Part shown: piece by piece, positions 8,146 through 14,141 of the stretch
Position numbering within the stretch: position 1 is the stretch's first letter
How the letters are laid out: each line of letters starts with the position of its first letter
Source: Acutalibacteraceae bacterium
GTDB taxonomy: Bacteria; Bacillota; Clostridia; Oscillospirales; Acutalibacteraceae
Reading direction: 5' to 3'
NCBI GenBank assembly: GCA_045601885.1
Contig: JAZSAN010000005.1
Coordinates: 21,851 to 85,850 of the forward strand
DNA: 64,000 bases
Position numbers and translations under genes: made by a program
Notes under the pieces: generated by a model
What the model saw: the letters and a program-made list of their open reading frames with translations, nothing else
Database searches by the model: none
Told to the model about the DNA's origin: nothing

Positions 8146-9696
8146 ATGGTTCCGGAGTTAAAAAGGCTAAAAGTACTATATGTTTATGAAATTCTTTCAA
8201 ATTCGGGTGAAGAAATGTCCCGAGCAGAAATTAACAGAATTTTATGGGACAAATATAAGATAAAAGAAACACCAAAAACCTTAAAAAAATTATTAGATGA
8301 TATGGTTTACGCAGAACTTATCGAAACCGGAGAACAGAAAGATAGAAAAACCAAAAAAATAGATGAAAACGGTAAATTGATAGAAGAAGATACAACAATG
8401 ACCATGGGATATTTTGTTGAGAAAGATTTTTCTGATGATGAGCTGTTATGGATTATACATAACACTATTTTTTCTAAGCAACTTACCGAAAACAAATCTA
8501 ATAATTTAGTTAAAAAACTTCTTAAATTAGGAACTAACGGCTTAAAGCAAAAAGTTGGTAGCGTTGAAGGTATGAAACAGTTTTACCATACCCCTAATCC
8601 CGCAGTATCTAATAATATTGAAACTTTAAGTGATGCAATTCACGAAGATAAAACCGTTCAATTCATTTATACTGAATACAAAAAAGATAAACAGTTACAT
8701 CCGCTATCTGAAGAGCCGATTACTGTTAAACCTGCGCGTATGGTTCCGCTTAATGGATTTTATTATCTAATAGCCTATGAAACAGAGAGCGAGACTATCC
8801 AGCACTACCGAATAGACAAAATTAAAAATCTTAAAAAGACTGATATAAAAACCGATTTCAGTTCCAAAAACAGTCGCATAAACATTGATGAATATTTATC
8901 TTCACATTCTTTTATGTTTGCAGGTAAACCTATACCGGTAAAAATCAAAGTCCCCGAAGATAAAATCGGTCTGGTTATTGATAGGTTTGGTGATAAAATT
9001 CATATTTATCAGGATGATAGCGACTATGTATCAATAGGTTTTAATTCTAACGAATCAGACCTTTATGTATGGGCGCTTGAAAATGGTGATTATGTCGAAG
9101 TAATCGAACCGCAGCATTTAAGAAATAAAATCAGAAATACCGTACAATCAATGACAAGATGTTATTTACAATCAAATGAAGACATTTATTTTAATGCTAT
9201 AAAAACCGCAAGAGAAACCCAAATATTTTATTGTGAAAATTTCAATTTTGCTAACAGAGAAGAATGGCTTCAACTTACAGATATTGAAAGCCTTGACCTT
9301 GACAATAATGGTTTTACCGATATTTCTATATTAAAACGCTTTAAAAAACTTGAATTTTTAAAAATTCAAAATGAACATATATCAGATATTTCTGTAATAA
9401 AAGAGTTACCCTCTTTGGGAGATTTATGTTTGCGAAATACAGATGTTGATAGCATTGAAGGTTTGCGCAATAGCAATATCGGATTTGTGGAATTATTAAA
9501 TAATAAAAACATTACAGATTATAGTCCGCTTTATGATATTAAGAAATTAAGATTGCTCACCATCGATAATAAATCTGCAGAGAAAATTGATACAGAAAGA
9601 TTACTTAAAAAATATGACCCACTTGAAATTGTAATAGAATATCCGGATAGAGAAGATAAACATTTATTTTCCAAATCACTTTTAGAAGAAAATTAA
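8146..9696 (+). CDS. WYL-domain transcriptional regulator (wHTH-WYL-WCX) with a C-terminal leucine-rich-repeat domain
   Basis: It has an N-terminal wHTH. The WYL-type core is VQFIYTEY...NGFYYLIAYETESETIQHYRIDKIKNL. The C-terminus has about five 22-aa internalin-type LRRs (LDLDNNGFTDISILKRFKKLEFLKIQNEHISDISVIKELPSL...). Confidence 0.75.
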   Translation: MVPELKRLKVLYVYEILSNSGEEMSRAEINRILWDKYKIKETPKTLKKLLDDMVYAELIETGEQKDRKTKKIDENGKLIEEDTTMTMGYFVEKDFSDDELLWIIHNTIFSKQLTENKSNNLVKKLLKLGTNGLKQKVGSVEGMKQFYHTPNPAVSNNIETLSDAIHEDKTVQFIYTEYKKDKQLHPLSEEPITVKPARMVPLNGFYYLIAYETESETIQHYRIDKIKNLKKTDIKTDFSSKNSRINIDEYLSSHSFMFAGKPIPVKIKVPEDKIGLVIDRFGDKIHIYQDDSDYVSIGFNSNESDLYVWALENGDYVEVIEPQHLRNKIRNTVQSMTRCYLQSNEDIYFNAIKTARETQIFYCENFNFANREEWLQLTDIESLDLDNNGFTDISILKRFKKLEFLKIQNEHISDISVIKELPSLGDLCLRNTDVDSIEGLRNSNIGFVELLNNKNITDYSPLYDIKKLRLLTIDNKSAEKIDTERLLKKYDPLEIVIEYPDREDKHLFSKSLLEEN

Positions 9697-9723
9697 TGTA
9701 AACAAATATTTACAAACAAAAAA

Positions 9724-9768
9724 ACCGATAGATAATGCAAAATCGCAAAATCTATCGGTTAATTTTTT
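9724..9768 (+). terminator. Rho-independent terminator of the WYL gene
   Basis: ACCGATAGAT...ATCTATCGGT stem followed by TAATTTTTT. Confidence 0.65.
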
Positions 9769-9770
9769 GT

Positions 9771-9790
9771 GTGGGAAAATTTTTTCTTAC
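9771..9790 (+). promoter_or_regulatory. Operator palindrome copy 4
   Basis: GTGGGAAAATTTTTTCTTAC is followed by TATGGT (9795-9800). It points into the 3' end of the convergent XRE gene. Confidence 0.4.
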
Positions 9791-9818
9791 CTACTATGGT
9801 AAACTATTTATAAAGAAA

Positions 9819-10118
9819 TTAATTCTTGTTTTCAAGGGCTTTTATAACATTTATAACTACGTCAATTTCATCTTCTGAAAGGTTAGAAACGTCAAGCATA
9901 CGAACCTTTTCTATATCAAGAAGATAATCGGTTGTAACGTGGAACAGGTGCGCCATTTTTACCAAAACATCATAAGATGGGTATCTGTCCCCAGATTCAT
10001 AATATGAAATAACAGACTTAGCAACTCCAAGTCTTTCGGCTAATTCTCGCTGTGATAATTTTTGTCCTGTTCTAAGCATCTTTAATTTTTCACCAAAGTT
10101 CACTTTATTTGTACCCAC
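9819..10118 (-). CDS. XRE-family HTH transcriptional regulator
   Basis: LSQRELAERLGVAKSVISYYESGDRYPSYDVLVKMAHLFHVTTDYLL. Confidence 0.9.
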   Translation of the reverse strand: MGTNKVNFGEKLKMLRTGQKLSQRELAERLGVAKSVISYYESGDRYPSYDVLVKMAHLFHVTTDYLLDIEKVRMLDVSNLSEDEIDVVINVIKALENKN

Positions 10119-10156
10119 CTTTCAATATCAGTCAACATTATTTTACTATTGTATCG

Positions 10157-10186
10157 TTGACAATTGGATATTTATTATGATAAAAT
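10157..10186 (+). promoter_or_regulatory. Sigma-A-type promoter for the 10250-13107 operon, embedded in GTCAAC/GTTGAC repeats
   Basis: TTGACA (10157-10162), then an 18-nt spacer ending in TG, then TAAAAT (10181-10186). GTCAAC/GTTGAC inverted copies and further GTCAA/TGAC elements flank it and are likely XRE operators. Confidence 0.55.
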
Positions 10187-10249
10187 AGTGGACAAGACAG
10201 TCAAAAACTATTATACTGACATTATAAATAACCGATTGGAGTGTTTGTA

Positions 10250-11260
10250 ATGTCAAAAAAAGTTTTTTTGGAAATGTATCAAGAGTTTATAGTAGAAATG
10301 GGTAAAGGTGAAGGTACAGCTAAAAGCTATGTATCATATTTAAACGGTGCTTGTAAAAATCTTCCTGAAATTGAAGATAATGCAATAGATAATATTGCTG
10401 ATATGACACAAGATGTTCAAGAAATATTTTGCGAAAATTTAATGAGAGCAATAGCTTCGGCACAAAAAAATAATAATACGTCTGTGTCAAATAAAACACT
10501 AGACAATTATCACAGTGCTGTTAATATGTTAATAGCATTTATAAATAGTAACAATGCACCTGCAAGTACAAAACCGGTTGTTAATATATTGTCTCTATCG
10601 GGTGAAGAAAGTTATTATTCTAAAGAAGATATTAAGAAGAACTTTTTAGCTCGTTTAAAAACACAAGACCGTTTTTATAATGAGTTTGGTTGTTTTCCAA
10701 TCAGGCTAATTAACAAAATAGCAACAGCAAATGGTAAGATTAAATTATTTGATAAATTAATTAATAATACAAGTTTTATATATAGTCTAACTGATGATAA
10801 GAAATCTCAATTAAGAATCATACAGCTTAAGGATATTGACGGTGTCTACATAAAAGATAATAAAGCATATGTTTCCATAAATAACAACAATTATCCAATT
10901 TTCACCGAAGAATATACCGATGGAAAGAAATCAGGATACGTAGTTGCTACCGTTAATACTTTTGGTGATTTGTCGTTAGACCACGATACTCCTATGTTTA
11001 CAGCTTTGTCCGGATTTTTCTATAGAGGAGCAACTACATTTGAGCAACTTTCGGTTAGTGCTTTAAAATACGTCAATAAAAAGCAATGGAGTAACAAAAA
11101 ACGAGCTAATAATCTTTCAAAAGAATATCTACATAGTCAGGAATATAAAGATTTAAAATTATCAGAAGAATCACTTTTGAACGAGGTTTTAGCCTTCATC
11201 AATACATTATCTTTAACTGTCATGCAAAGAAGTTTTAACAGTTCTAAAAATAAAAATTAA
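10250..11260 (+). CDS. Hypothetical protein (about 336 aa), with weak HNH-like hints
   Basis: GGAG-8nt-ATG at 10250 is preferred over the track's GTG at 10241. SLDHDTPM and a C-terminal QRSFNSSKNKN are only loosely HNH-like. Confidence 0.5.
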   Translation: MSKKVFLEMYQEFIVEMGKGEGTAKSYVSYLNGACKNLPEIEDNAIDNIADMTQDVQEIFCENLMRAIASAQKNNNTSVSNKTLDNYHSAVNMLIAFINSNNAPASTKPVVNILSLSGEESYYSKEDIKKNFLARLKTQDRFYNEFGCFPIRLINKIATANGKIKLFDKLINNTSFIYSLTDDKKSQLRIIQLKDIDGVYIKDNKAYVSINNNNYPIFTEEYTDGKKSGYVVATVNTFGDLSLDHDTPMFTALSGFFYRGATTFEQLSVSALKYVNKKQWSNKKRANNLSKEYLHSQEYKDLKLSEESLLNEVLAFINTLSLTVMQRSFNSSKNKN

Positions 11261-11278
11261 AATATAGGAGGAATGGAA

Positions 11279-12202
11279 ATGGGTGTAAATTTTATAGATG
11301 ATTTTATTGAAGATAACACATTGAATGATACCGCTTTTTATGAATTAAAATCTACTTTAATGGAAGCAATTAAAACATCAAAAAAATCAAGCATAACTGT
11401 GCATTATCCTAGAAATAACTATGGAGAGGCAGATTACCGATTACATATCAAAGCAAATTTAAATGCAATTAGACAGAATATTAACAATGAAAAAGCAATT
11501 AAAATTTATCTAGATTTCATTTTAAACGATGGAACATATTCCTCCGATATCAACCCTAATATTGCAAAAACGGAAATGTCATATGCAAAATTTTCTAATC
11601 TAATCTGTTATGAATTTGTTTATTATGTTATTAAACCATTATTAAATAAGTTAAAATCTTTGGATGACAAATATGGAATTTTAAGCGGCCAAACTGACGC
11701 AGTTGTCGGTATTTCTAAGAAAGCAACAACTAAAAAAGCCCCTGTAACACTTAAATGCGAAGTAAAACTTGAAAGCGTTGATGAATCCGGTGATGGCGAA
11801 ACTGTTGTCGAACCAACCAGACAGAAAATGAGGTCAATGTTTTTGAAGGCAACTACAAATAAAAATAAGTATAAATTTCTTATTAAGTCGACCTTAGAAA
11901 ATAAAAAGTATGATTATGTTGAAGTTAATTATAATAAAGACGGTTTAATCGTTTCGCTTATAAAGGACGAAAATGTTGAACAATCAAAATCGGTTAATAG
12001 CACCGTTGCTTATCGTGTTGTTAATGAATACATAAAGTGTGAAGACATAAATATTGATTCTATAGAGCAGGATGTTCTTTCACAACCGCCTAAACCAAAA
12101 CCAGTGCAACAAAGCAACAATTCATCTGGAGCAGGATGTTTAACGGCAGCTATTCCTATTGTCTGTTTTCTTATATACATAATACTTAAATTTTTTGATT
12201 AG
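11279..12202 (+). CDS. Hypothetical tail-anchored membrane protein
   Basis: AGGAGG-7nt-ATG at 11279; the track start at 11273 is too close to the SD. There is a single C-terminal TM helix (CLTAAIPIVCFLIYIILKFF). Confidence 0.5.
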   Translation: MGVNFIDDFIEDNTLNDTAFYELKSTLMEAIKTSKKSSITVHYPRNNYGEADYRLHIKANLNAIRQNINNEKAIKIYLDFILNDGTYSSDINPNIAKTEMSYAKFSNLICYEFVYYVIKPLLNKLKSLDDKYGILSGQTDAVVGISKKATTKKAPVTLKCEVKLESVDESGDGETVVEPTRQKMRSMFLKATTNKNKYKFLIKSTLENKKYDYVEVNYNKDGLIVSLIKDENVEQSKSVNSTVAYRVVNEYIKCEDINIDSIEQDVLSQPPKPKPVQQSNNSSGAGCLTAAIPIVCFLIYIILKFFD

Positions 12203-12218
12203 TGAGGTGAATCAATAA

Positions 12219-12425
12219 ATGGCAGATAAATATATTGTTGAAAGCGTAGTACATAATCGCGCTGTAAAGACAGAGGTATGGGCTCACACACCCAAAGAGG
12301 CCCAGGCATATGCAAAAAAGACATATGGTGACGCATATTCACATTCTTTTAGAACTACCAGGGTTTCTGGGACAAACGGTACTGAAGAATTTAAATGGCG
12401 TCGCGATAGAGGTATGCTTAAATAA
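12219..12425 (+). CDS. Small hypothetical protein (68 aa)
   Basis: It has a GAGGTGA SD and shares a PKEAQAYAKKTYG-like motif with the next small ORF. Confidence 0.45.
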   Translation: MADKYIVESVVHNRAVKTEVWAHTPKEAQAYAKKTYGDAYSHSFRTTRVSGTNGTEEFKWRRDRGMLK

Positions 12426-12473
12426 TCTCTTAATGAGCTTGTTTTAGAAAATAAAAGAAAGGAGTTTACAAAA

Positions 12474-12638
12474 ATGCATGAATTTCTTGTAAGATTTACC
12501 CTTAACAGAAAGACTGTTGAAGAAGTTGTAAAAGCAGTAAGCGGTTTTGAAGCTAAAGAGCAAATCAAAAACAAATATGGTAGCAGTAATGTTACTATTA
12601 TTAACTGTAAAGATTTAAAATTCGGTTGGATGGTTTAA
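12474..12638 (+). CDS. Small hypothetical protein (54 aa), not in the ORF track
   Basis: AAAGGAG-8nt-ATG start. Translation is MHEFLVRFTLNRKTVEEVVKAVSGFEAKEQIKNKYGSSNVTIINCKDLKFGWMV. It resembles the preceding 68-aa protein. Confidence 0.4.
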   Translation: MHEFLVRFTLNRKTVEEVVKAVSGFEAKEQIKNKYGSSNVTIINCKDLKFGWMV

Positions 12639-12651
12639 GGAGATGGTTTAA

Positions 12652-13107
12652 ATGTTGAAAAAGTTAACTGCTTTAGTTTTAGTACTATTATTATGTATGG
12701 CTTTTGTAGGTTGTGGAGAATCAAATAATCAAGATGAAGAAAAAACAAAAAATAATGTTTCTTCAGTTGAAAGTGATTCTTTAGACGCAGAATCAAATTT
12801 ACTAGAATCAAATATTGAATCTAATGTCGAGTCGGAAGTAGATAATTTGACAATATGTGTTTCTTGCGGAAACCGATTCGAATCATTGCGTGGATTCAAA
12901 TATTGTAATTCATGTAGATGTTGGACAACCACTTGTGAAAATAAAAGAGTAGATGGTTCGTCTTTTTGTGCTGAACATAAATGTTTGATATGCGATAGTA
13001 TTGCGTACGATTATTCCCCTTACTGTAATCAACATCGTTGTCGTGAATATGGTTGCGATTCTCCCGCGATATCGGGAGAAGAGCGTTGTATAGCTCATTT
13101 AAAATAA
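12652..13107 (+). CDS. Lipoprotein with Cys/His-rich repeats
   Basis: The signal peptide carries a lipobox (LCMAFVGCG). The C-terminal half has repeated C-x9-11-C-x2-H-x-C units. Confidence 0.65.
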   Translation: MLKKLTALVLVLLLCMAFVGCGESNNQDEEKTKNNVSSVESDSLDAESNLLESNIESNVESEVDNLTICVSCGNRFESLRGFKYCNSCRCWTTTCENKRVDGSSFCAEHKCLICDSIAYDYSPYCNQHRCREYGCDSPAISGEERCIAHLK

Positions 13108-13119
13108 TATTAAAAAATC

Positions 13120-13162
13120 AAACCGAAATTACTATTAAAAGTAGTGATTTCGGTTGTTTTTT
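13120..13162 (+). terminator. Rho-independent terminator of the 10250-13107 operon
   Basis: AACCGAAATTACT...AGTGATTTCGGTT stem followed by a T-run. Confidence 0.6.
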
Positions 13163-13259
13163 AGCATAATAAGCCCCAAATAAGCCCCCAAATGCACCAG
13201 AGAGCAAAAAAGAAAATCCCTAAAACCTTATAAACAAAGGCTTTAGGGACTCTTTAAGT

Positions 13260-13342
13260 TGGTGCGGGTGACAGGACTTGAACCTGCACGAATGCTCACC
13301 AGATCCTAAGTCTGGCGCGTCTGCCAATTCCGCCACACCCGC
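13260..13342 (-). tRNA. tRNA-Leu (anticodon UAG), long variable arm, encoded CCA
   Basis: The reverse complement GCGGGTG..CCAGA-CTTAGGA-TCTGG..GGTTCAAGTCC..CACCCGC-A-CCA folds as a class II cloverleaf. Confidence 0.9.
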
Positions 13343-13353
13343 AAGTATTAATA

Positions 13354-13382
13354 ATTTTAATATATTAATCTGATAAAGTCAA
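13354..13382 (-). promoter_or_regulatory. Promoter of tRNA-Leu
   Basis: On the minus strand: TTGACT, 17 nt, TAAAAT, ending about 11 nt before the tRNA 5' end. Confidence 0.6.
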
Positions 13383-13484
13383 GGAAATAATTGTTTATTT
13401 TAAACTTTTGTGATATAATATTATTAAAATATATCACTGATTACATCGCGCTTTCGTATTATGATATTGAAGGTGCGTGAATAT

Positions 13485-14141
13485 ATGAAAAAAAGAAGAA
13501 AAAAGTGTTTTTATTTTATTTTATTTGTGCTTTTGTTTTTAATTTTAGTCGTTTTTATTTTTTTGAAAACGGATAAAAATCTACGAATTTTGATTCTTGA
13601 AAGCGCAGAAAGCAAGGTCGGCCTTATTATGTCTGACTGTGCTAACACATCCGTTAATAAAGCGATTAACGAAAATGATATTACATATTCGGATATTATC
13701 CGTGTTAACCGTGATGAAAATAATAACATAACATCCTTGCAAACTGATATAATAAATCTTAACAAGATAAGAACGGAAATCGACCGCTTTTTCTCTAAGG
13801 AGATGGAAAAAAACTCCATAATTAATTTAAATCTGCCAATTGGCTCTGTAATCGGCAATGAATATACAATAGGCAGAGGTCCTTGCATTAATTATGAACT
13901 TGAGGTCTCTGTCAACACTTCAACCGACTATAACAGTAAATTTTATTCCGCGGGTATTAACCAAACGCTTCATCAAATAACCGTGCTTGTTTCAGGCGAT
14001 GCTTATATAATGTCGCCTTGGTATAGAAACACAATAAAATTTTCAACCGAATATATCGTTGCCGAAACAGTTATAACCGGTGTAGTTCCCGAGACAATCG
14101 CAGATTTTGATGTTAAAAAAACAGGTGATTTTAATGAATGA
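13485..14141 (+). CDS. yunB: Sporulation protein YunB
   Basis: N-terminal TM segment, YunB-like AGINQTLHQITV...GVVPE, and AGGTG-9nt-ATG at 13485. Confidence 0.7.
   Translation: MKKRRKKCFYFILFVLLFLILVVFIFLKTDKNLRILILESAESKVGLIMSDCANTSVNKAINENDITYSDIIRVNRDENNNITSLQTDIINLNKIRTEIDRFFSKEMEKNSIINLNLPIGSVIGNEYTIGRGPCINYELEVSVNTSTDYNSKFYSAGINQTLHQITVLVSGDAYIMSPWYRNTIKFSTEYIVAETVITGVVPETIADFDVKKTGDFNE

Larger units (their letters stand above)
1..13259. mobile_element. Integrative (mobilizable) element / genomic island next to tRNA-Leu; left boundary lies outside the window
   Basis: Rep-Xis-Int module at the left. A shared 20-bp operator recurs from 698 to 9790. Gene content is non-core and the DNA looks visibly more AT-rich than 13.4-49.6 kb. 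The right edge abuts the 3' end of tRNA-Leu. Confidence 0.6.

Noticed and set aside
10950-11260. Calling the 336-aa protein an HNH endonuclease.
   Set aside because: The DH...N...N-like residues are about 80 aa apart and no Cys/His zinc ligands are evident. This is too weak without a profile search, so it is kept as hypothetical.
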